Shown: one piece after another, positions 1 to 9,138 of the stretch | Layout of the letters: every line of letters starts with the position of its first letter | How positions within the stretch are numbered: position 1 is the first letter of the stretch | Source: an uncultured Candidatus Saccharibacteria bacterium | GTDB lineage: Bacteria; Patescibacteriota; WWE3; CAZQFB01 | Reading direction: 5' to 3' | Assembly (NCBI GenBank): GCA_964592525.1 | Contig: CAZQFB010000001.1 | Coordinates: 65,419-129,418, forward strand | DNA: 64,000 bases | Notes under the pieces: model-generated | The model's database searches: none | What the model was told of the DNA's origin: nothing | What the model saw: the letters and a program-made list of their open reading frames with translations, nothing else | Program-made: the position numbers and the translations under genes

Positions 1-2
1 CT

Positions 3-494
3 TATAATCAACTGGCAGAATTACCTAAAGAGATTGGGTTATTATCAAATTTAAAGCAGCTGCTAGGCTCTAGAAATAGTCTACGAAAGCTTCCCTTAGA
101 AATAGACGCTCTTGAATCTTTAGAGATTATGGACCTGTCTTATAACCGTTTGGAAAGTTTCCCTCCGGAATTAGCGGAAATAACAACTTTGGAAAGCCTT
201 AAATTAAATGATAATCGCATACACTTATTACCAGATACTTTAGGAGATTTAACTTCTTTAGTTACCCTGGACCTGGCACGAAATAGCATCAATCACCTAC
301 CCCCAAGTGTTGGTAAATTGCTTTTTTTAGAAACATTGGACTTGAGAAATAATGGCCTAAATCAGGGTCTACCGAATGAAATATTACTTTTGCAGGCTAA
401 TCTGAATACCCTTTATCTTTCTGGTAATAATATTCCGCTTGCTCAACGTGAAGAAATGCTTAAGGTTTTAGTAGGCACCGATATTTACTTCTAA
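3..494 (+). CDS. Leucine-rich repeat protein (5' partial; frame open from the window start)
   Basis: The frame is open from nt 3 (YNQLAELPKEIGLLSNLKQL...) into the listed ORF; tandem ~23-aa LxxLxLxxNxLxxLPxxIG repeats. Confidence 0.9.
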   Translation, partial: YNQLAELPKEIGLLSNLKQLLGSRNSLRKLPLEIDALESLEIMDLSYNRLESFPPELAEITTLESLKLNDNRIHLLPDTLGDLTSLVTLDLARNSINHLPPSVGKLLFLETLDLRNNGLNQGLPNEILLLQANLNTLYLSGNNIPLAQREEMLKVLVGTDIYF

Positions 495-512
495 TTTACT
501 GCTCCCAGAGTT

Positions 513-3347
513 ATGAAAACGATTCTTAATGCCGAGCAAAAAGTTGCCGTTCAACACACTTGTGGACCATTATTAGTAATAGCTGGAGCTGGTACTGGTA
601 AAACTAGAGTAATAACCGAAAGAATAATTTATTTAATTAAACAGAAAAAGTATTTGCCACAGTCTATCTTGGCACTCACCTTTACCGAAAAAGCAGCTAG
701 AGAAATGGAAGAGCGGGTGGATATTTCTTTACCATTAGGTGCCCACGATACTTGGATTATGACCTTTCATTCTTTTTGTGATCGTGTTTTAAGGGAAAGT
801 GCAATTGAGCTGGCATTAGCTCCAGATTTTCAGGTTTTAACTGAAGCGGAAAGTTTAAGATTATTGGCGGAAGTGGTTGTGGGTTTGGATCTTAGCTTGC
901 TTAGCCCACCGAATAATCCGACCAAGTTTTTACAGTCAATCTTGTCCTATTTAAATCGGTTACAGGATGAGTTAATTGATGTTGCTAAGCTGACGCAGTT
1001 TTTTGCTGATCAGCAATGGGATAGTGAGGAAGAAAAGCACAAAGCCGAAGATTTAGTCAGTATTTATAAAGAGTATCAAGCAATAAAAAAGCGGCAAGAT
1101 TTATTAGATTATGCTGATTTAATAACATATACATATCAAGCATTTAAGAGCAATAACATCTTTAAAAAAAGATATCAACAACAATTTAAAATGGTTTTGG
1201 TGGATGAATTTCAAGATACAAATTATGCCCAAATCAAATTGTTAGAGGCGCTAGTAGCAGATGATAAAAATATTATGGTTGTTGGAGATGATGATCAAAG
1301 TATCTTCCGGTGGCGAGGTGCTGCGGTATTCAATGTGCTTGAGTTTGAACAGTATTTTCCTGGAGCCAAAACGATCACGCTAGTCGATAATTATAGGTCG
1401 CCTCAAAAACTTTTAGATTGTGCCTACAGGTTGATCCAACATAACAATCCCCATCGTCTGGAGAACAAAATTGGTGTCAGCAAACGTTTGAAAGCGCAAC
1501 TGGATGAGAAGGGTGAGCTCAAAATTATCAAAGCTGTAGATGAGGAAGAAGAGGCGGTGTTTGTTGCACAGGAGATTAAATCTTTAATTGAGAAGGGTTA
1601 TTTATATAATGATATTGCTGTTTTGGTAAGAGCGAACCACCATGGTGACAGTTTTGCGAGAAGATTCTCTCTGGAAAGAATTCCTTATCAAAGAAGTGGT
1701 GTGGATAAGTGGTACCACGAACCGATTGTTAAGGATCTGATAGCTTATGTAATGCTTATAGCCAATCCCTTTGATGACATATATTTTTACCGTTTCCTCA
1801 CCTCTCCTCATTTAAGTATTAGTGGTGTTGAAATATCTAAAATTGTTAATCAGGCTAGAAAGAGCAATAAAAGTTTGTATGAGGTTGCGAAGCAGAGCTT
1901 TAGTATAGAGGTCATGGAATTGTTACAGAAACATCTGACGACACCCAGAAGAAGAATAGGCGAGCTGTTATATGAGTATATTTATGGTTCTGGATTGCTA
2001 GAGAGGTTGAAGGATGGAGCAATAATTCAAGATGTCAAGGATGCTCGTTTAATCTCTAGGTTATTTGAGGAAGTGTCTAGATTTGAAAAGAATAGCTTAG
2101 ACCCGTGTGCTTACTCCTTCTCTAAATATTTAGATTTAGTCTATGCTACCAGTGGCTCTTCGGAAGATTTTGATCTTGAAGAAAACTCTGTAAAGATACT
2201 CACGATACATGCCTCTAAAGGATTAGAGTTTCCAGTTGTCTTTATGGTTAATCTCGTTAAAGGTAGGTTTCCTAGTGTCAACAAACACGATTCCCTGCTA
2301 GTACCAGAAACCCTTATTAAGGAAAAATTGTCTGTTAATATAGCTGATCTTCATCTGCAAGAAGAAAGGAGGCTTTTTTACGTTGGCCTTACTAGAGCCA
2401 AAGCAATAATATATTTTACTTTCGCTGATAAATATGGTGTTGGTAAAAGATATAGAAAAATGAGTCCTTTTGTCACTGAAGCTCTTGATCAGTCTTTAGA
2501 AAAATACATGCTCAAAACCGTACACCACTTGCCGATGTTTCACATGTTTATAAATGATAAGTATAGCGATATAAAGGGTACATATAGTACCCCTATAAAT
2601 AGGTTAGAGTATATAAGCTATTCACATCTAGATACCTTTAATGTATGTCCGTTGCAGTACAAATATCGTTATGTGTTGAAAATACCTGCCATTAGAAGTG
2701 CCGCAGCTTCATATGGGACTGCTTTACATGAAACTCTACGGGATTTTTATACTGGCTTAAAGATTGGTAAAAAGTGGAACAGGAAAAAATTATTAGCTTT
2801 ATACCAAAGCTACTGGTCTGCAGAAGGTTATGAGAGCAGAGAACACGAGGCAAGGAGCAAAAAGGAAGGGGAACTAGCTTTAAGTGAGTACTATAACAAA
2901 CAGCATCATCCAAATCAGCTTCCGCTATATATTGAAAAACAGTTTCTTATTTCTTTTAAGAGCATCTCTATAAAGGGTGTTATTGATAGAATAGATCAAT
3001 TGTCTGATGGTACGATAGAGATAATTGATTACAAAACCTCAAAACCGTTAACGAGTATCCAACTTAAAAAAGATCTGCAACTGTCCTTATATGCGATGGT
3101 TGTCAGCTCGCCTCAATTTTTAGGGGTACCTCTGGCAAAACAAAAGGTTAGTATCTATAACTTTCAGGATCATAACAAAAGAACTTCTACCAGGAGCAAG
3201 GAGGATATTGAAATACTGAAGAAGCATATAGAGGGAGTTGTTGAGGAGATTAATCAGAGCAAGTTTCCTCCAAAAGTTTCTCCATTATGTAAGTATTGTT
3301 CCTATCAGATGCTCTGTGATGCTTATCAAGGAGATTACCAACATTGA
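513..3347 (+). CDS. UvrD/PcrA-family helicase fused to a C-terminal PD-(D/E)XK RecB/AddB-type nuclease with an Fe-S staple
   Basis: Q motif LNAEQ, Walker A AGAGTGKT, VDEFQD, TIHASKGLEF, EERRLFYVGLTRA; nuclease GVIDRID..IIDYKT..QLSLY; Cys in FNVCP plus CKYCSYQMLC. Confidence 0.9.
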   Translation: MKTILNAEQKVAVQHTCGPLLVIAGAGTGKTRVITERIIYLIKQKKYLPQSILALTFTEKAAREMEERVDISLPLGAHDTWIMTFHSFCDRVLRESAIELALAPDFQVLTEAESLRLLAEVVVGLDLSLLSPPNNPTKFLQSILSYLNRLQDELIDVAKLTQFFADQQWDSEEEKHKAEDLVSIYKEYQAIKKRQDLLDYADLITYTYQAFKSNNIFKKRYQQQFKMVLVDEFQDTNYAQIKLLEALVADDKNIMVVGDDDQSIFRWRGAAVFNVLEFEQYFPGAKTITLVDNYRSPQKLLDCAYRLIQHNNPHRLENKIGVSKRLKAQLDEKGELKIIKAVDEEEEAVFVAQEIKSLIEKGYLYNDIAVLVRANHHGDSFARRFSLERIPYQRSGVDKWYHEPIVKDLIAYVMLIANPFDDIYFYRFLTSPHLSISGVEISKIVNQARKSNKSLYEVAKQSFSIEVMELLQKHLTTPRRRIGELLYEYIYGSGLLERLKDGAIIQDVKDARLISRLFEEVSRFEKNSLDPCAYSFSKYLDLVYATSGSSEDFDLEENSVKILTIHASKGLEFPVVFMVNLVKGRFPSVNKHDSLLVPETLIKEKLSVNIADLHLQEERRLFYVGLTRAKAIIYFTFADKYGVGKRYRKMSPFVTEALDQSLEKYMLKTVHHLPMFHMFINDKYSDIKGTYSTPINRLEYISYSHLDTFNVCPLQYKYRYVLKIPAIRSAAASYGTALHETLRDFYTGLKIGKKWNRKKLLALYQSYWSAEGYESREHEARSKKEGELALSEYYNKQHHPNQLPLYIEKQFLISFKSISIKGVIDRIDQLSDGTIEIIDYKTSKPLTSIQLKKDLQLSLYAMVVSSPQFLGVPLAKQKVSIYNFQDHNKRTSTRSKEDIEILKKHIEGVVEEINQSKFPPKVSPLCKYCSYQMLCDAYQGDYQH

Positions 3348-3356
3348 AAACGGCAC

Positions 3357-3385
3357 TTGACTAACTATAGGTTTTAAGCAATAAT
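3357..3385 (+). promoter_or_regulatory. Putative sigma70 promoter for the small Cys-rich ORF
   Basis: TTGACT-17 nt-AATAAT in the gap after the helicase stop codon; the -10 is imperfect. Confidence 0.4.
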
Positions 3386-3427
3386 AGCTTTATCTTTCAA
3401 ATCACATTAGATCGCAGGAGGTGATCA

Positions 3428-3601
3428 GTGTGCGTCGACGAAATTAAGAGGGAAGTTCAGGAGGACCCCACGAAGCGCGTTCCTCGTGGGGTATGTCGGT
3501 GTGATTGTGCTCTCTGCGATCGTGGAGAACACAATCTTTGCCCAAGTAGGTTGTGCGGTTTGGGTTATCCCGAGCCTTCAACTCCACATCAGGATCCGTA
3601 A
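3428..3601 (+). CDS. 57-aa Cys/His-rich microprotein (not in the ORF track)
   Basis: AGGAGGTGA SD at 3416-3424, GTG start; MCVDEIKREVQEDPTKRVPRGVCRCDCALCDRGEHNLCPSRLCGLGYPEPSTPHQDP*; fills an otherwise empty gap. Confidence 0.65.
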   Translation: MCVDEIKREVQEDPTKRVPRGVCRCDCALCDRGEHNLCPSRLCGLGYPEPSTPHQDP

Positions 3602-4533
3602 CTAACGTTACGGATCCTCTTTTTTTGCTTAAGTACTTGCCAGCGGATTTTGTCGGCTGTTTGAAAAAGTTTATACCCAACCGGGTCTATGATAAGATCC
3701 CAAGCTCCTGGGTATTCAATTAATTCTGCACCGTAACCTTCTTTAAAACGGTGAAAGCCATACCAAGGATCCTCTCTAGCTACTGGTTGGGGAAGGGCTC
3801 CCCACATATCTAACTGGGAACAGCCAATTTTTTTCCCTAACCTAATCGCTTCCCACATGATTAGGTTGTTAGCCATCACCTCTTTATGTTCAGTACTTGA
3901 ACCACCATAGGGGTAATAAAAAGTATCTTTGTAGCTCATTAAAAAGTAAGCGGCTAAGGGTTTATTTTGGTAAGTGGCTATTAAAAGGTATGCCATATTT
4001 TTAGCAGTCAGCATCTTCCATAAAGTATGGTAGTACTTATCAGGATGAAGGTGAAAACCTTGTCTAATGGCAGTTTCTTGCTGCAAAAGCAAAAAAGTAT
4101 TAATGTCTTCAGCTCTTTCCACCCTTACCCCTTTCTTCTGGGCCAGCTTAATGTTGTATCTGGTTTTGGGGTGCATCTTTGTTAACAGTTCTTCTTCTGA
4201 AGGGGCTATTTCTAGCATAAAGGTAGCCGTGGCAAAGGTTGGTTGAGTTTTCAATAGTTGGTATTTAGTTTGGGGTATTTGGTAGGAAAGGGGTGCATTT
4301 GGCACATCAATTTTGATATGTGTACAATGGTGTTCTTTGCCTGAAGTAAAAAGAATATCCAAATCTAAATCTTTAGGCTGAAGACGGGGTAAATAACCTA
4401 CCTTTTTATTACTAAAGGGTATTGAGTGCAGAGTGTATTGAAGCTGACCAATGCGAACACTAGGGGTACCCATCTTAGTTTTAAATTCTCCCCACTCCGG
4501 TGATTGCACGACATGGTCTGGATATTTATTCAT
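3589..4533 (-). CDS. FemABX-family lipid II:amino acid ligase (peptidoglycan bridge formation)
   Basis: HVVQSPEWGEFK, MHPKTRYNIKLAQKKGV, YYPYGGSS, LDMWG, GFHRFKEGYG; start moved to ATG 4533, which overlaps the rsmA stop. Confidence 0.9.
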   Translation of the reverse strand: MNKYPDHVVQSPEWGEFKTKMGTPSVRIGQLQYTLHSIPFSNKKVGYLPRLQPKDLDLDILFTSGKEHHCTHIKIDVPNAPLSYQIPQTKYQLLKTQPTFATATFMLEIAPSEEELLTKMHPKTRYNIKLAQKKGVRVERAEDINTFLLLQQETAIRQGFHLHPDKYYHTLWKMLTAKNMAYLLIATYQNKPLAAYFLMSYKDTFYYPYGGSSTEHKEVMANNLIMWEAIRLGKKIGCSQLDMWGALPQPVAREDPWYGFHRFKEGYGAELIEYPGAWDLIIDPVGYKLFQTADKIRWQVLKQKKRIRNVSYGS

Positions 4534-5251
4534 CTTTACTAAAAAGTTTACACCATTCCTCAAAAGTTAGTGTTTCGGCTCTTCTTCTCGGATCAATACC
4601 ACAACTATTAAGCAGCTCTAGCGCAAAGACCTTTTTTAGCATTTTACGGGGATGGGAAAAACCCTTATGAAGAAAATTCATGAACTTAATCTTATTTTCA
4701 ATCTTAGCGGGATCTTTCTTAATAGTGATCAGAGCGCTTTCTACCTTGGGGGGAGGGTTAAAAGCTTGTGGCGGTATGGTTTGAAGGTATTTAGCTACGC
4801 CGTAGAGGAGGACAAAATTTGCTAGGTAAGAGGCTTTAGGTGGTTTAGCAGTTATTTTATCTGCCACCTCTTTTTGTACAAGAAGGGAAAGTTTTTCTAT
4901 CTCTCCCAGCTCGCCCAATACCAGTCTGTGTAGGAACGGAGATGTAATTTGGTAAGGGAGAGAGCTAACAATAGTAAGTGGACTTTGTGTTAATCGGGTA
5001 ATTTTTAAAATGTCACCGGCAATGATTTCTACATTTGTTCCATCAAACTTTTTCTTAAGAAAGGGAATCAGTTCTTGGTCAAATTCTACAGCGATTACTT
5101 TAGCTGCTTGTTTAGCCAACTCTTCTGTGACAGCCCCCTTACCTGGTCCAACCTCCAGCACAATAGTGTTATTTGTTATCTCTCCACTGCTTACCAGTTG
5201 GGCGATAACTTCTTGGTTGATAAGGAAGTGTTGACCTAAAACTTTTTTCAT
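4526..5251 (-). CDS. rsmA: 16S rRNA adenine dimethyltransferase RsmA/KsgA
   Basis: LGQHFL, LEVGPGKG, SLPYQITS, QKEVA, FNPPPKVES, RRAETL. Confidence 0.95.
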   Translation of the reverse strand: MKKVLGQHFLINQEVIAQLVSSGEITNNTIVLEVGPGKGAVTEELAKQAAKVIAVEFDQELIPFLKKKFDGTNVEIIAGDILKITRLTQSPLTIVSSLPYQITSPFLHRLVLGELGEIEKLSLLVQKEVADKITAKPPKASYLANFVLLYGVAKYLQTIPPQAFNPPPKVESALITIKKDPAKIENKIKFMNFLHKGFSHPRKMLKKVFALELLNSCGIDPRRRAETLTFEEWCKLFSKDE

Positions 5252-5964
5252 TAGGGAATAATGTAAATATCAGTGTAGCGAGCACTCCACCAACCTTCAT
5301 GGACATTTTCAAATCCGAGATCAACCATATTCCCTTTAATGCCACCACCAATATCTTGAGCGCTGCAGATTCCGTAGGCGGGAACATAGAAAGCTGTGCC
5401 CAGCGGTATTACTTCAGGGTCGACAGCACAAATCCCGTGGGTCACTTTTTTACCGGTTGCTGTTCTTCCTGTACAGCCAAGACAATTACCGTCATAGGAA
5501 GTAGCCCAAACGTTAATTTTTTCCCGATATTTAATTTCTCCAAGATCTTCCGTAGCTAGTCCCCGGATGATGATCTTGGTACCTTTCAAGATTATTTCGT
5601 TGGTTGGTTCTGTGGTTTCAGTATTAATTAAATCTCTACTAACTTCTTGCCCTTGCCAATAAGTCAGGTCGTAAGTTCTGGTAATCTTCCCTACAACCCC
5701 TTCTTGTAATATTTCTTGATATCCCACCTCTTTTTCCTCATCTTCTTGCACCTCAATTTCAAAGGGAATCTCTTCTTCTTCAAGTATCACCTCGCTACTA
5801 AAAGTACTACTTGTTTTAAGGCTGTAGGCGGTATTTTGGACATCTGTATCTTGAGCGGATACTGCTGGCAAGTGACTTATTAAAGCCATATCTTGAGTGA
5901 GTGTTTCACTGAATAGGAGCGGTGAGGTTAAAGCAATAATAGTAGCTACGATAAGAGCTTGCAT
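5251..5964 (-). CDS. Secreted G5 + 3D domain protein (YabE-like cell-wall lytic enzyme)
   Basis: Signal peptide; G5-like EEIPFE..QEGVVG; 3D motif TATG..AVDPEVIPLGT..AQDIGGGIKGNMVDL; sits upstream of ksgA as in Firmicutes. Confidence 0.85.
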   Translation of the reverse strand: MQALIVATIIALTSPLLFSETLTQDMALISHLPAVSAQDTDVQNTAYSLKTSSTFSSEVILEEEEIPFEIEVQEDEEKEVGYQEILQEGVVGKITRTYDLTYWQGQEVSRDLINTETTEPTNEIILKGTKIIIRGLATEDLGEIKYREKINVWATSYDGNCLGCTGRTATGKKVTHGICAVDPEVIPLGTAFYVPAYGICSAQDIGGGIKGNMVDLGFENVHEGWWSARYTDIYIIP

Positions 5965-5981
5965 AAAGTTGAATTAAGCGT

Positions 5982-7835
5982 TTAGACTCTAGCACTAAAG
6001 TGTTCTTGCAGCAAATCAGGCGGTATATCCTGGACAAACCGGGACATCACCCCAAATTGTAGGTTGCCAAAATACCTTCTATTTCGCGCGTAAGTGAGGT
6101 GTAATTTTTTCTTTGCTCTAGTGATCCCTACGTAACAAAGTCTCCTTTCTTCTTCTAGTTCGTCGGGTGATCCTAGAGCTCGGTTGTGGGGAAATAACCC
6201 TTCTTCCATACCAATCATAAAAACAGTCTTAAATTCTAGACCTTTAGCACTATGTAGCGTCATCAAGTTAATAGCCGCAGATTCTTTGGGAAAGTTTACA
6301 TTAGGGAGTTGGTCGTTTTGCACCAGAGAAACATTCTCTAAAAAATCATCAAGATCAGCGAACTGGGCAGCTACTGTCCGTAACTCTCTAACATTTTCTT
6401 TTCTTTCTCTATCTTCTTCTGTGTTGTGAGCATATTTATCAAGATAGGCGGTGACCTTTAGTATTTGATCCAATAACTCGATCACACTCATGCCATCCAC
6501 TTTGATTGAGGGTCTATATTCTTCAAATCGTTGTTTCCTTTTTTTCCCCAATTTAGTCACTCTTTCAAGAGCGACACTATCTTGGGGATTTCTTATCAGT
6601 CTTAAATAGGAGAGCACGTCCTTTACCTCCTTTCGCTCATAAAATTTTATCCCCCCAACGATGCGGTAGGGCATACCCCAACGCATAAAAGTGTCTTCTA
6701 AGGCTCGGGATTGAGCGTTGGTACGATAGAGTACGGCATAATCATCAAAGGAAAGATCTAGATTTTTTATTTCCAGCTCTTCTTTAAGGTTTAACAGGGA
6801 AGAATCAGCCTTAATTTCACTTAGAATCTTCATGGCAATATATTCGCCTTCTTCTTGTTCGTTACTGGCTTCAAATAAAGATACTTTTTCCCCATCGTCA
6901 TTGTTGGTCCATAAGTCTAGTTGGAGGTGGTTTTTACCGTGCTTGATAACCTCGGAAGCAGCCTTGATAATTGATTTAGTGCTGCGGTAGTTTTGTTCCA
7001 AGCGAAAAATTTTTACGTTGTTAAAGTCACGTTCAAATTGAAGAATATTTCTAAAGTCTGCCCCTCGCCAAGAGTATATGGCTTGATTGACATCACCTAC
7101 CACACAGATATTAGAATGGGTTGCGGAAAGAAGCTTAACTAAAGTATATTGGGCGTGATTGGTATCTTGGTATTCGTCCACTAAAATATATTTAAAGCGT
7201 TTTTGGTAAATTTTCAGAATGGTTTGGTTCTGCTTAAATAATTCAACGGTTTTGGTTAAGAGATCACCAAAATCTACGGCATCATTAAGCAGTAATTTTT
7301 TTTGGTAAAGCGGAAATATTTCGGCTACCGTTTTTTGAAAGTAGCCATGGGCATATTGAGCATATTCTTCAGGACCAATTAGTTCGTTTTTAGCTCCATT
7401 TATGGAGTTAAGAACTGAAGCAGCCTTAATATTATTTGGGCTATAACTTGTTTGGTTAATAAGTTGTTTAAGGAGAGCTATGGAATCATTATCATCATAA
7501 ATCGCAAAACTTTTTGACAAGCCCAGATGATGACCTTCGCTGCGAAGCATACGGGCACAAAAAGAGTGAAAGGTGCTGATCCAAGGAGACGCGATGTGAT
7601 CTGTCAGTAGTTGATTAATACGATCTTTCATTTCTAACGCAGCTTTGTTGGTGAAGGTGAGGCACAATATTTCTGATGGTGCTAATTTCTTTTCGTTTAT
7701 TAGATAGGCTACTTTATGTGTTAAGGCTTTAGTTTTGCCGGAGCCTGGACCAGCTATGATTAAGCTCGGTCCTTCCGTTTCAGCTACTGCTTCCTGTTGT
7801 TGCTTGTTTAAATTAGCCAAGATATGATTAGTCAC
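5982..7835 (-). CDS. pcrA: ATP-dependent DNA helicase PcrA/UvrD
   Basis: AGPGSGKT, TFTNKAA, VDEYQDTN, LEQNYRS, YRTNAQSR, HSAKGLEF, EERRLCYVGITRA; no C-terminal Tudor-like tail. Confidence 0.93.
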   Translation of the reverse strand: MTNHILANLNKQQQEAVAETEGPSLIIAGPGSGKTKALTHKVAYLINEKKLAPSEILCLTFTNKAALEMKDRINQLLTDHIASPWISTFHSFCARMLRSEGHHLGLSKSFAIYDDNDSIALLKQLINQTSYSPNNIKAASVLNSINGAKNELIGPEEYAQYAHGYFQKTVAEIFPLYQKKLLLNDAVDFGDLLTKTVELFKQNQTILKIYQKRFKYILVDEYQDTNHAQYTLVKLLSATHSNICVVGDVNQAIYSWRGADFRNILQFERDFNNVKIFRLEQNYRSTKSIIKAASEVIKHGKNHLQLDLWTNNDDGEKVSLFEASNEQEEGEYIAMKILSEIKADSSLLNLKEELEIKNLDLSFDDYAVLYRTNAQSRALEDTFMRWGMPYRIVGGIKFYERKEVKDVLSYLRLIRNPQDSVALERVTKLGKKRKQRFEEYRPSIKVDGMSVIELLDQILKVTAYLDKYAHNTEEDRERKENVRELRTVAAQFADLDDFLENVSLVQNDQLPNVNFPKESAAINLMTLHSAKGLEFKTVFMIGMEEGLFPHNRALGSPDELEEERRLCYVGITRAKKKLHLTYARNRRYFGNLQFGVMSRFVQDIPPDLLQEHFSARV

Positions 7836-7879
7836 GAGGTCTATCTTAACAAATGTTTAGCTGAAAATAAGGAGGAACA

Positions 7880-8971
7880 ATGGCATTAACTATCGCAATA
7901 AACGGCTTAGGTCGGATTGGGCGGGCGGCATTAAAGATTGCTCTGGATAGAGAGGATATCAAAGTGGTGGCGATAAACGACTTGCAGGATGTTAGGGTTC
8001 TGTCGTACCTGTTAAATTACGATACCGTATATGGTGCTTACGAAAGAATGGTTAGTGCGGAACGGGATGGGGTAGTAGTGGCTATGGAAGATGTGACTCC
8101 TAATTATGAGTATGTGTCAGAGTCTTCCGGCAGTAATCATAGCGATTATTTAATTGTGGATGAGACAAAAATTAAAGTCTTTAACCAGAAAGACCCCAAC
8201 CAGATACCTTGGGGTGAGTTGGGTGTGGATGTTGTTCTGGAGTGTACGGGAGTATTTACTGATTATGAAAAGGCTAAAGCTCATTTGGCAGCGGGGGCAA
8301 AAAAAGTCATTATCTCCGCACCTAGTAAGGGAGAAGGTGGAAAGACACTGGTTTTTGGCACAGAAAGTCTGGAACATGAGTTGAACACAGCGATTATCTC
8401 TAATGCTTCTTGCACCACAAATTGTGTCGCCCCAGTGGTTCAGATTATGGAGGATACGTTTGGTATAGATAAAGCTTGGTTAACCACTATTCATTCTTAT
8501 ACTGCCAGCCAGAATTTAGTTGATGGTTCGCACCACAAAGACCTTCGTAGAGGGCGAGCGGCCGCCGCCAATATTGTACCCACCACTACGGGGGCAACAA
8601 AAGCGGCTACGGAAGCGGTGCCTTCGCTTAAGGACAAGTTTGAAGGAGTGGCTATCAGGGTGCCGACGATTAATGTGTCCTTTAGTATAATTACAGCTAT
8701 TCTCAAACAAGGTACTACTATGGAAGAGCTCAACCAAACTTTTATTAAAGCGAGTGTCGAGGATAGGTACAGGGGAATTGTGACTACCACGGTTGAGCCT
8801 TTGGTATCTTCTGATTACATCAAAAACCCCCATTCAGCTATAGTGGATATGGATCTTACTCGCGTTCAAGAAGGGACCTTTGTGACTGTGTTTGCTTGGT
8901 ATGATAACGAATGGGGTTACGCTACTCGCTTGGTAGAGATGGCAAGTTGGCTGATGGGGCACTCTAACTAG
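7880..8971 (+). CDS. gap: Type I glyceraldehyde-3-phosphate dehydrogenase
   Basis: INGLGRIGR, SNASCTTNC, WYDNEWGY; AAGGAGGA SD upstream. Confidence 0.96.
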   Translation: MALTIAINGLGRIGRAALKIALDREDIKVVAINDLQDVRVLSYLLNYDTVYGAYERMVSAERDGVVVAMEDVTPNYEYVSESSGSNHSDYLIVDETKIKVFNQKDPNQIPWGELGVDVVLECTGVFTDYEKAKAHLAAGAKKVIISAPSKGEGGKTLVFGTESLEHELNTAIISNASCTTNCVAPVVQIMEDTFGIDKAWLTTIHSYTASQNLVDGSHHKDLRRGRAAAANIVPTTTGATKAATEAVPSLKDKFEGVAIRVPTINVSFSIITAILKQGTTMEELNQTFIKASVEDRYRGIVTTTVEPLVSSDYIKNPHSAIVDMDLTRVQEGTFVTVFAWYDNEWGYATRLVEMASWLMGHSN

Positions 8972-9005
8972 ACTAACCTTGCTTGCGTTTGGATCAGTTC
9001 TTCTA

Positions 9006-9131
9006 GCCCTGGTGTGATCAAATCCTTTTCGCTTTAGCCTACGCTTCTCACCTCTGGTCAACCTCAGAGAGAACGACACTGTTAAACTTCCCTTGGGTGA
9101 TTGGATTGGGACATACTAGCACACTATGGGT
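9006..9131 (+). ncRNA. Candidate structured ncRNA (6S-like rod with central bubble)
   Basis: Ends pair (GCCCTGGTGTG / CACACTATGGGT); AATCC/GGATT inner helix; apical hairpin CTCTG..CAGAG; lies between convergent genes. Confidence 0.35.
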
Positions 9132-9138
9132 TTTATGG

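Noticed and set aside
2600-3347. Cas4-like nuclease suggesting CRISPR-Cas
   Set aside because: It is the fused C-terminal domain of a UvrD helicase; no cas1/cas2 or repeat-spacer array was seen
3444-3680. 78-aa minus-strand ORF from the track
   Set aside because: It overlaps the FemAB-type gene, has no recognisable motif, and the plus-strand Cys-rich ORF has much better initiation signals
8834-9079. 81-aa basic ORF resembling a small ribosomal protein
   Set aside because: No match to L32/L34-type motifs and it overlaps the gap 3' end antisense by 138 nt; not fully excluded because an AAGGGAAG precedes its GTG
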